Shown: positions 33,001-43,960 of the stretch, piece after piece
How the letters are laid out: each line of letters opens with the position of its first letter
How positions within the stretch are numbered: position 1 is the first letter of the stretch
Assembly: GCA_032718475.1 (NCBI GenBank)
Contig: JAUCBJ010001168.1
Location: forward strand, 1-64,000
Reading direction: 5' to 3'
Length of the DNA stretch: 64,000 nt
Source: Nemertoderma westbladi
Lineage: Eukaryota; Animalia; Xenacoelomorpha
Notes under the pieces: generated by a model
Told to the model about the DNA's origin: nothing
Seen by the model: only the letters and a program-made list of their open reading frames with translations
Database searches by the model: none
Position numbers and translations under genes: made by a program

Positions 33001-36000
33001 GGATATATTTTATGTATCGGATATATTTTATGTATCGGATATATTTTATGTATTGGATATATTTTATGTATCGGATATATTTTATGTATCGGATATATTT
33101 TATGTATCGGATATATTTTATGTATCGGATATATTTTATGTATCGGATATATTTTATGTATTGAATATATTTTATGTATCGGATATATTTTACATATGTA
33201 TTGGATATATTTTATGTATCGGATATATTTTATGTATCGGATATATTTTATGTATTGGATATATTTTATGTATCGGATATATTTTATGTATTGGATATAT
33301 TTTATGTATCGGATACATTTTATGTATCGGATATATTTTATGTATCGGATACATTTTATGTATCGGATATATTTTATGTATTGGATATATTTTATGTATC
33401 GGATATATTTTACATCTGTATTGGATATATTTTACATATGTATCGGATATATTTTATGTATCGGATATATTTTATGTATCGGATATATTTTATGTATCGG
33501 ATATATTATATGTATCAGATATATTTTATGTATCGGATATATTTTATGTATTGGATATATTTTATGTATTGGATATATTTTATGTATCGGATATATTTTA
33601 TGTATCGGATATATTTTATGTATCGGATACATTTTATGTATCGGATATATTTTATGTATCGGATATATTTTATGTATCGGATATATTTTACATATGTATT
33701 GGATATATTTTATGTATCGGATATATTTTATGTATTGGATATATTTTATGTATTGGATATATTTTATGTATCGGATATATTTTATGTATTGGATATATTT
33801 TATGTATCGGATATATTTTACATATGTATTGGATATATTTTATGTATTGGATATATTTTATGTATCGGATATATTTTATGTATCGGATATATTTTATGTA
33901 TCGGATATATTATATGTATCAGATATATTTTATGTATCGGATATATTTTATGTATCGGATATATTTTATGTATTGGATATATTTTATGTATCGGATATAT
34001 TTTACATATGTATTGGATATATTTTATGTATTGGATATATTTTATGTATCGGATATATTTTATGTATCGGATATATTTTATGTATCGGATACATTTTATG
34101 TATCGGATATATTTTACATATGTATTGGATATATTTTATGTATTGGATATATTTTATGTATCGGATATATTTTATGTATCGGATATATTTTATGTATCGG
34201 ATACATTTTATGTATTGGATATATTTTATGTATCGGATATATTTTATGTATCGGATATATTTTACATATGTATTGGATATATTTTATGTATCGGATATAT
34301 TTTATGTATTGGATATATTTTATGTATCGGATATATTTTATGTATCGGATATATTTTATGTATCGGATACATTTTATGTATCGGATATATTTTATGTATT
34401 GGATATATTTTATGTATTGGATATATTTTATGTATCGGATATATTTTATGTATTGGATATATTTTATGTATCGGATATATTTTATGTATCGGATATATTT
34501 TATGTATTGGATATATTTTATGTATCGGATATATTTTATGTATCGGATATATTTTATGTATCGGATATATTTTATGTATCGGATATATTTTATGTATTGG
34601 ATATATTTTATGTATCGGATATATTTTATGTATCGGATATATTTTATGTATTGGATATATTTTATGTATCGGATATATTTTATGTATCGGATATATTTTA
34701 TGTATCGGATATATTTTATGTATCGGATATATTTTATGTATCGGATATATTTTATGTATTGGATATATTTTATGTATCGGATATATTTTATGTATTGGAT
34801 ATATTTTATGTATCGGATATATTTTATGTATTGGATATATTTTATGTATTGGATATATTTTATGTATCGGATATATTTTATGTATCGGATATATTTTATG
34901 TATCGGATATATTTTATGTATTGGATATATTTTATGTATCGGATATATTTTATGTATCGGATATATTTTATGTATTGGATATATTTTATGTATCGGATAT
35001 ATTTTATGTATTGGATATATTTTATGTATCGGATATATTTTATGTATCGGATATATTTTACATATGTATTGGATATATTTTACATATGTATCGGATATAT
35101 TTTATGTATCGGATATATTTTATGTATTGGATATATTTTATGTATCGGATATATTTTATGTATCGGATATATTTTATGTATCGGATATATTTTATGTATC
35201 GGATATATTTTATGTATCGGATATATTTTATGTATCGGATATATTTTATGTATCGGATATATTTTACATATGTATTGGATATATTTTACATATGTATCGG
35301 ATATATTTTATGTATCGGATATATTTTATGTATCGGATATATTTTATGTATTGGATATATTTTATGTATCGGATATATTTTATGTATCGGATATATTTTA
35401 TGTATCGGATATATTTTATGTATCGGATATATTTTATGTATCGGATATATTTTACATATGTATTGGATATATTTTACATATGTATCGGATATATTTTATG
35501 TATCGGATATATTTTATGTATCGGATATATTTTATGTATCGGATATATTTTATGTATCGGATATATTTTATGTATTGGATATATTTTATGTATTGGATAT
35601 ATTTTATGTATCGGATATATTTTATGTATCGGATATATTTTATGTCTCGGATATATTTTATGTATCGGATATATTTTATGTATCGGATATATTTTATGTA
35701 TTGGATATATTTTATGTATCGGATATATTTTATGTATCGGATATATTTTATGTATTGGATATATTTTATGTATCGGATATATTTTATGTATCGGATATAT
35801 TTTATGTATCGGATATATTTTATGTATCGGATATATTTTATGTATCGGATATATTTTATGTATCGGATATATTTTATGTATCAGATATATTTTATGTATC
35901 GGATATATTTTATGTATTGGATATATTTTATGTATCGGATATATTTTATGTATCGGATATATTTTATGTATTGGATATATTTTATGTATCGGATATATTT

Positions 36001-36040
36001 TATGTATCGGATATATTTTATGTATCGGATATATTTTATG
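1..36040. repeat. Large tandem satellite, 18-bp unit (ATATATTTTATGTATCGG / ...TTGG) with interspersed 22-bp variant (+ACAT); continues off the left edge
   Basis: Continuous head-to-tail repeat from base 1 to an abrupt end at 36040; about 1,950 units estimated from length; the 6-aa periodicity of the translations (MYRIYF, YVSDIF, CIGYIL) confirms the 18-bp period. Confidence 0.99.
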
Positions 36041-36058
36041 ATGCACCACCCTCGTCTC

Positions 36059-36335
36059 ATTTTCCATGCCAATGAAGTTCATCCTGTTGTCTGAATATAG
36101 CACCATTACCATCCCGCCTCTCCGGGTCACGAATCGCTCCAAGGCATTTATAAATGCCAATGCTGTCGCGTCCTGTGCCAGTTCAATCGCTACCGCCCTT
36201 GAGTTGATACACACAAAGATTATTCTGTAGCGCTTCTTTGTGTGTCGCATCACCTTAATCTTTATTGGACCGAACATGTCATGTCACACTGCTATATGTG
36301 AATGGTGGTATGTGATGCACCACCCTCGTCTCCAA
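36059..36335 (-). pseudogene. BEL/Pao integrase core fragment, truncated after the SDN motif
   Basis: MFGPIKIK..IIFVCINSRAVAIELAQDATALAFINALERFVTRRG..LYSDNRMNFIG matches the Pao-type integrase core; the ORF then runs into satellite. Confidence 0.85.
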
Positions 36336-37328
36336 TAATGGTGCCATCATTTGTACAGCCCTTTTTCTTATTCGCTGAAAAGTCTGACACTGCGCCACCA
36401 CTGACTTCACTGTCTTCCTTAATTAGGGTTCCCAATAAGTCCAATAAGTTCCCTAACCTGGAGTCCATTGCCAGGATGCAATCCATATCCAACTATAGCA
36501 ACAGTGTGCGTCCCTTACTATCTTAGAGGCGCCATTATTGATTCGTGATACATGCAATTTCTTCCCCGTACACCTTCTATTGTTTGTAGCGTAATATCGC
36601 CATAGCTGCTCCTTCCAGGACAAATGGTAGGCTTCTGTCTCCTGTTCGTACCAGCTCTCCCAACTAACTCGCCGAAGGCTCTCATGTATCCTACCAGCTT
36701 CTTTGACTTATAGCAACTAGAACTGTAGTTGAGTAACCTATCAATCGGGGTCTGTTCAAGCTCTCCTTTGGTGAGATGCAATGGTGCCTCAAGAATCTCT
36801 TTCACCAACTGGGTCAATATCTCATCACCCTCTGATTCGTTTCCCTCTTCTTCGGTTATAGATTCCTCTCCCATTGGGTCAACATTTTAAATTAGTGGCC
36901 AGGCACTCTGACTTGTCGTTTAGAAAGTGTGGTCCATGCTGCCACAACTCCTGCTTCTGTGAGAAACCGTGGTGTTCCACATCCCTTGAGAGCAAGTCAG
37001 CCTGATTGTCATCTGTTGGGCAGTACTGTCACTTGTCAAAGTTGCTCATCGCTCTTATCTCGTCGACTCTATCTGCTACAAATATGGGGTAGTGTGTCTT
37101 CTCATTATGGATCCATCCCAATACTACCATGGAATCTGTCCAGTAGTGTGTTTCAACTATGCTTGGTATAGCATCCACCAAATATTATGTTGATCTTAAC
37201 CCCAACCTCGCAGCTGTAAGTTCCAACTTCGGTACTGACGCTGAATCTGGCGGAGTTGACCTCGCTTTACTGAATGCTAATAGGGGTTTGTGTGTTCCCT
37301 TCCACTGTACCAAATAAAGCGCTGCATC

Positions 37329-38690
37329 CTATGCTTCTAGGGATGCGTCAGAGAACATGTGTAGATCCAACTCGCAGATGTCTCCATCTTGGAAGTATAC
37401 TTGTGGCATACTATATCTTCCCATATCTTTCAGATATAGTCCATTTATCCCACTGTTTACTAATCTCCTTTGGGACCTCTGCAGTAAATCATAAATCCAA
37501 TCATCTTTAAGTTTAATCACTTCAGAATTTCAGAATTTGCTTTCCCATGACTAGTTGGGGCGACGCTAGTCCTAATGGATCGTAAATCCTAGCTATATAT
37601 GATATATATGATATATAGCCCCTCTTCATGTTACTTCAATTGGTATTTCAATTCGTCTGTTTCCTGATTCCACATGATCCCTTAGGCCTTCTGTTGTGAT
37701 TCTACTCTCTTATTGGCCATAATCTGCTCCTTTTTGGTGATTGGTTTCTCCAATGTGATGTCTGGGTGTTTATCCTCTATGTCCTCCATGAATTCCTGGA
37801 AATTCGACTGGAATTTCGTCAGATGGAATCCCAATTTCTTCAGGATGTCGCGAACTTCACGACACAACCTAACGATTTCCTGGATGCAGTTCCCAGAAAC
37901 TAAACCGTTGTCTACATAGAATCCATATCAAATCGTATCGATACCATCTTTACTATACTCGTTCTCTTTCCCTTTGACTGTGTCTCTCACCACCGTGGTT
38001 GGTTGTAAAAGAGGATGACATAGTGCCCATATTCTGCACAACCGTCTTATACATCGGCATGGTCAAAGGCTCCTTGTTGCCATCATACCTTAGGAAGAAA
38101 TTAACTATCTCTATCCTCTTCCATCACTCAGACTTGGTTGAACATTCCTACAATGTCGTAGGGGAAGGTGTGCTTTCCATATCTGAATCGCAGCAACACT
38201 TTTATCCCTGAATTGTATATGTTGGGGCCTTCCAGTAAATAGTCATTGAAGCACTTCACATTCATGGTGGAAGCCTCTACCACTATCCTCAACTTTCCTT
38301 TCTTAGGATCTAACGTGACATGAAGTGGCAAGTAATATGTCCTGTCTGTGTCTGGTTTGTCTATGGGTAGTTCCATGGCCCACCCTCTTTCCACATACTT
38401 TCATATCATCGTGTGGAGATAGTCGTTCTTCTCTGGGCTCTGTCTCAGAGTCTATTTGAGCTTCTGGAGCCTCATCTCCACCATCCTCCTGTTGTTCGGT
38501 AAGGGATTCTTCTGCTCCTTCCATACCATCCCTATGGTATATTGACCGTCTTCATATCTCATTGATTCCTTTATGCTCCACTCCGCTTGTTTATCTTCAA
38601 CTAAGGTTCCTACCCCAACCTCCTTCAATCCTTCGAAATCCTGCCACAGCAGCCTCATGACTTGCTCCTCTGCTGTTTCCTCCTCTACAT
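37329..38690 (-). pseudogene. BEL/Pao reverse transcriptase and RNase H remnants
   Basis: ORF pieces 38452-38658, 38128-38394, 37682-37867 and 37329-37520 carry successive Pao RT/RH motifs in different frames. Confidence 0.85.
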
Positions 38691-41337
38691 TTCTTCTTAA
38701 GTTTCCTCCTTTTTACTCGCACCGAGAAAGCTATTTTCCTCCATTTATTTCTCAGCCATATCGGTAGTGCCTGTGCTATCACTATGATGTTGTTTGAAGC
38801 ATTGAGTTCGTATGGCGCTTCCAGGATCTTCAGAGTTATTAACTCCTTTTCTATTCATGTCACGAAGGCTTTGATGCTAGTTGGGCTGTCTCCATACGGT
38901 CCTGTGGACCGAAGTTTCCCCTTTTCGAATATTCTGAAGTACTCCCCGCCACCACCAATTTGTGGATTGGTGGCTTCATACCAATGGGAAGTTTCTTTCC
39001 GATCCCCTCTCATCGTCTCGTTTTGCTCTTCTTTTCTATAGATCCTATTTCCTTCACCCAGCTTATAATACACTCTCCAGACTGCATTCCTTCAGGGTGA
39101 CAGCAATCTCTTGAAGTTCAGCCCTGCCGTTTTGTTTCCTCTACTTCAACTAACGATGGTTCGCTGTCCATCCTATCTCGACTCTTCATGCTGCTCGTGG
39201 CAATGTTTCCTCGACTGATCTTCTCGCATTCCTCCCATTGTCTACTTCCGGCATCATATCCATGTCCTTGATATCTTGTTTCGACCTCCCGGAGGAACTC
39301 TATTGTTCTCCATCCATCTTCGAATGGGTTTGATGTTCCTTCATATTGCCGATTTTGGCATGACCGCCTCGTCCCCTACCCAGTTGTACAGCCTCACAGA
39401 TATTCGCTGATTCTCTATCCACCTCCATTGTTGGGGGTCCCGGTTTATTTATTCTGCCACACGTGCCCCCCCCCCCCCCCCCCCCCCCCCGTCACCTGTG
39501 GGGTGCTTGTTGCCCCCTGCCTCGTCGTTATTCTGCTGTGCTGGGATGGCTGTAGCGCCCACCTGTCACTTCTAGTTGCGTCTCACTGTCTCCCTTCTCT
39601 ATGCTCCCTTCCTGTCGACACACCACTTCTATTGTCAGTGTGTTGATTCGCCTGCGTCCCCACCTGTGTTTCCATTTGGCCTTGCAGGTCCTCGCTAGGC
39701 GAATTACTTATTACATCATTATTTATTATATTATTATTTTCTGCGTTGTTTTTTATTATTTTCTATATTATTATTCATTAAATTATCATTTTGTATATTA
39801 TTTACTCTATCAGTACCGGTGTTACTAGGGTTATTATTGACTAAAATATTATTATGTGTAGCAGCACCTTTGCTTCAGTATTGGGCTTATCCAGTAGGGT
39901 ATTCATTACTGTAAGTAGCATTATGACCCTCCCCCCCCCCCCATCCCTCCCCTCCCCTCCACACCCCTCCCATCCACACCCCTCCGTTCACAACAGTCAT
40001 GTGTCTGTCATCCGGTTTCACTTAGTAGGGTATTAACAAAACTTTCCATCACACCCGGTTCTACTCCCTATTGTTCCCCATATACACTTCCTGACCAGCT
40101 TCACTTTCTGATAAACCCATTTTAACCAGTTCCGTTCAGCGTTTTTGTCTGGCCCGATACTACATTAATTCCTGTAATCAGTTGTGCATATTATCCAGCA
40201 CTCGTTTCCCAACTTCCTCCCTGTCCCTTTCTCTCTCCACACTCTGGTACGCTACCATGTTTTCCCTCTCAACCCTTTCTCTATACTCACTCGCCTCTCT
40301 CTCGGCCCTCTCTTTACACTCTCTCACCCCTCTCTCTGCCCTCTCTTTTCATTATCTCACCAACTTCCTTTCCCTCTCTAAGAAAGCACTCTCTTCTCCC
40401 AAATGCTTTTCCAACTCCTTTTGATCCAATGCAATCAGGTCCAGTTGACACGCCACAGCTATTTCCAATACCCTTCTTGCTTTTACGGAGGATGTGGCAG
40501 ACTTTACACTAGCGACGGACTTCCATCGCTTACCGACTTTACTGGTTCTAGTGGCCATTTTGGCCCTACCTGCAGACGACACCTAAACCTCCAGATTAAC
40601 CTCGGCATCGGCGTCGTTCGAACCTGCCCTCCCCGTTAACTTTATCCACCATGTGTGTGCGGCCCTACGTACACTTCATCTAACACTATGATCCCAGATC
40701 ACTTCAATTCAAACAGTTCAGTGGCAACCTCCTGCGGCCTCTCATTCGCCAGTTCTCCCTGCCCAAATCATACTAAATACCGAAAGTGTTTAGTAGACTC
40801 ACCAATCTTTTTCATCAGTTTGGTTTAATCTACCTTATGGCTTTTCTTCTCTTCGTCAATGAGTCACCTGGTGGTGTTATAGCCCTCATCAGTCACTGGC
40901 TTACCATCACATCCTCGTCCTCGACCTCCTGGTTCTCCCTCCTTGTTCGGCATCGTACTGCGGCCCGTCTGTCACCATTCCATCAGGCTGCGCACCACCT
41001 GTAGCCCCTTGTTGGCTGGTGGTCCCTGATGCTGCACATGTGAACTTAGCCTTTTAGATTACTTATTTTACTAATTTTAAGCTCAAAACACCATTTTATA
41101 TTGATAAAGTTGGTTACAATATAATATTGGCTATTTCTGTTGAACAATTCTTTGTTGAGGGTTTTAACGCCATCTAGTGCCATTATACACATATTCTACC
41201 TCCCATTGGCTGTATCATTCTATTACGGTTAATTTAATAAATATGAGCTTGGTTGGTTGGATGCTGGTTCACTGTGTACATGTTGTGCTGCAGTGGAATT
41301 ACATCTCCCATGCAGGACTTTAATCCGCTAGTCAGAT

Positions 41338-42142
41338 TTTTCCACCGAGGATCTCAGAGCATTGACCGATTCCAACGAGGATCTTGACACAGCGCCTCAG
41401 AGCATTGACCTTTTCCACCGATGATCTTGACACAGCGCCTCAGAGCATTGACCTTTTCCACCGATGATCTCGACATAGCGCCTCAGAGCATTGACCTTTT
41501 CCACCGATGATCTCGACACAGTGCCCCAGAGCATTGACCTTTTCTACCAATGATCTCGACACAGCGCCTCAGAGCATTGACCTTTTCCACCGATGATCTC
41601 GACACAGCGCCCCAGAGCATTGACCTTTTCTACCAATGATCTCGACACAGCGCCTCAGAGCATTGACCTTTTCCACCGAGGATCTCGAAATAGCGCCTCA
41701 GAGCATTGACCTTTTCCACCGGTGATCTCGACACAGCGCCCCAGAGCATTGACCTTTTCTACCAATGATCTCGACACAGCGCCCCAGAGCATTGACCTTT
41801 TCCACCGAGGATCTCGAAATAGCGCCTCAGAGCTTTGACCTTTTCCACCGATGATCTCGACAAAGCGCCTCAGAGCATGTACCTTTTCCACCGATGATCT
41901 CGCACAGCGCCCCAGAGCATGGACCTTTTCCACCGATGATCTCGACACAGCGCCTCAGAGCATTGACCTTTTCCACCAATGATCTCGACACAGCGCCCCA
42001 GAGCATTGACCTTTTCCACCGATGATCTCGACACAGCGCCCCAGAGCATGGACCTTTTCCACCGATGATCTCGACACAGCGCCTCAGAGCATTGACCTTT
42101 TCCGCCGATGATCTCGACACAGCGCCTCAGAGTATTGACCTT
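41338..42142. repeat. 43-bp minisatellite, about 18-19 copies (AGCATTGACCTTTTCCACCGATGATCTCGACACAGCGCCTCAG)
   Basis: AGCATTGACC recurs at 41401, 41444 and onward with period 43; units differ by a few substitutions; left edge is degenerate. Confidence 0.97.
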
Positions 42143-42376
42143 CTTGGATCACCTCATGTTGCTGTTGAGGATGGTAAGCCTCTCGCAAAGCAATCTATTC
42201 AGCATACGTGCAAAATTGGTCTATAATGGTTAGTTAAATTATTTTTTTAAGTCGATTTTTTTTGGGTGAAATGGTCAAATATTTTGTGAATTTAATTGGT
42301 AGCATTAAAATATTTCCAATACGTGAATGAATAATATATGGTAAAATATTGATTAGTTTGGATATCAACTGCAACT

Positions 42377-43138
42377 ATGAGAAACTTCTGGGCCATCAAG
42401 ATGTATGTCTCAGTTATTATTCTTGAATTGATCTCCACAATTGGAACAGGACAGACAATTTGTGGCTCTTCAATATGTAGTGACTTCGCAGTCTGTGACA
42501 GTGGGTGTTGCCAGTGTGTAATGCCACAGATAGGTAATGGTACTCAATGCATTGTTTTTGACTCCGATCCAAAAGATCCTAAACTCTGGATCCATGGTAC
42601 CATAGGCATACATGTCAATGAAGTGGCGGTTGACAGGGGTTATATCAGTGGCATTGTATATCTAAGCCACAATGATATAGTAACTGGAGTGGTGGGTCGT
42701 CATCATATCACCAGTCCACGCGCCTTCACACGCAACCTGACATTCATTATTGAGGATGTGTATGACATCAGCCCATTGGAGATATTACAGAGTCCATGCA
42801 TATGGATGACATTGGGGTTAACAACCCATAGGAATAACGGCTACAGTTTAACTGGAGGCTATGCCACTGCATCCGGAAACATTAGCTATGTAGGAATGCC
42901 TGAATATTCCCTTGACTACCAGATTGTATTTAACGGTCTGGAAAAAGATGATGTCAGCTATCACTTAAATACAAAAATAAGCATAAATGGAACTATTCCA
43001 AAACGTGAACCAGCTTCTAAGATAACAGTTAAGAATTACAATGATACGTATCACCATGTGTCAGCAGGATTAGTTACCGGAAAATTTAAACGTAACATCA
43101 CGATCACAAAACAGTCTGGTGAAGAACAGGAATATCAG
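42377..43138 (+). CDS. Coding exon 1 of a secreted nidogen-like protein: signal peptide, EGF-like domain, N-terminal part of a G2F (nidogen G2 beta-barrel) domain
   Basis: ATG at 42377; hydrophobic leader VSVIILELISTIGTG; six-Cys EGF (CGSSICSDFAVCDSGCCQCVMPQIGNGTQC, compare nidogen-1 CSVHAEC..FCCSCVAGYTGNGRQC); WMTLG..NNGYSLTGG (compare GWMFA..KNGFSITGG); HLNTKISINGTIP and YNDTYHH match G2F. 254 open codons end at a CAG|GTGAGA phase-0 donor. Confidence 0.9.
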
Positions 43139-43269
43139 GTGAGATAAGATCAACAACCTATTATTATGATGACATGACTAATAACTTGTATTATAGACTA
43201 CATGAAATGATAGGTAGGTAGGTAGGTATGTACAAACTGAAATATATTGAGAAGCGAAATGAAATTCTA

Positions 43270-43960
43270 TTCAATTTGACAAACCTTTGAACGGGCCTCT
43301 CGGTTCAAGGAGACACATTAGCCACCTTCCCCTTTATTATTGTCATGGACTATGTGCTGAAGAATCTCTCAATATCCATAGCGCTGAAGCGGTGGTAATA
43401 TACCCACCATCAGGTAGTCATGGATGGTTGTGATGGGCTCCCAGCGGAACATCTACCTGATCTTGACTTTGAGGATGATCTTGTTCTACAGTCATATACA
43501 TTGAAGGGAGCACAGATGCTGTTATCTAACTTAGAGAATGCGCATCCAGTGTTGGCATCTTTGAGAACAGCACAAAGACCAAAATTCCGAAAGTAAACAT
43601 TGACTCCAACCACCAGAAATTCGATCGTGATAACATGCAATCCCTGGATGGAATGGAAGTCATGTGAATGATATCTGCTACGTTGAATCATTGGTTATGC
43701 CTGGTGAATCTCCGAATTCGCAAAGGGAAAGCCTGGTGTGGCAATCCACGAGCTATCATTGTTGATCTGGAAGAGCGGTAAAATCTCATGTTCTTTGTTC
43801 TATGTAGGTATGCCTTTCCCATGCACCAGTGGTGCTGCTCTATGTCAGCCCATCATGCTGGGCTCTAACTGCTGATTCAACTACTGTCTCAGGATGATAC
43901 ATATACCAGGATGCTGCGACAGGGTGCACAACATTGCCTATGATGCATGCATAACTTGCA
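43270..43960 (+). mobile_element. Highly decayed RTE-group LINE RT fragment in intron 1
   Basis: Reads QGDTLA..FIIVMDYVLK..PAEHLPDLDFEDDL..GKAW across frameshifts, collinear with the RT at 46208-47926; boundaries approximate. Confidence 0.8.

Larger units (their letters stand above)
36041..41040 (-). mobile_element. Degenerate, truncated BEL/Pao-type LTR retrotransposon, internal gag-pol region
   Basis: Minus-strand fragments in BEL/Pao order: gag-like (SVKSATSSVKARR near 40500; ALPIWLRNKW near 38760), pre-RT (YTIGMVWK..LPNNRRMVEMRL), RT (YYLPLHV..KKGKLRIVVEAS..NDYLLEGP..LLRFR..DIVGMFNQV; YVDN near 37910), RNase H (LHMFSDAS near 37340), integrase (PPFTY..DMFGP..SRAVAIEL..FINALERFVTRRG..YSDN..NFIG). 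Many stops and frameshifts; no LTR identified; right boundary approximate. Confidence 0.9.

Noticed and set aside
6-33164. 11,052-aa ORF and other giant overlapping ORFs as real genes
   Set aside because: Pure translation of an 18/22-bp satellite; all three frames give the same hexapeptide repeats; no domain content.
1-36040. Telomeric repeat array
   Set aside because: Not a known telomere motif; the + strand is T/G-rich, whereas a left chromosome end would show the C-rich strand; multi-kb higher-order structure points to recombinational expansion.
35474-36277. Integrase-repeat fusion protein (267 aa)
   Set aside because: Read-through of a truncated pseudogene into the open minus frame of the satellite (KIYPIH)n; the upstream pol is destroyed.
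41041-41335. 5' LTR and primer-binding site of the BEL element
   Set aside because: No second LTR copy for comparison and no clear TG..CA boundaries or tRNA-complementary site.
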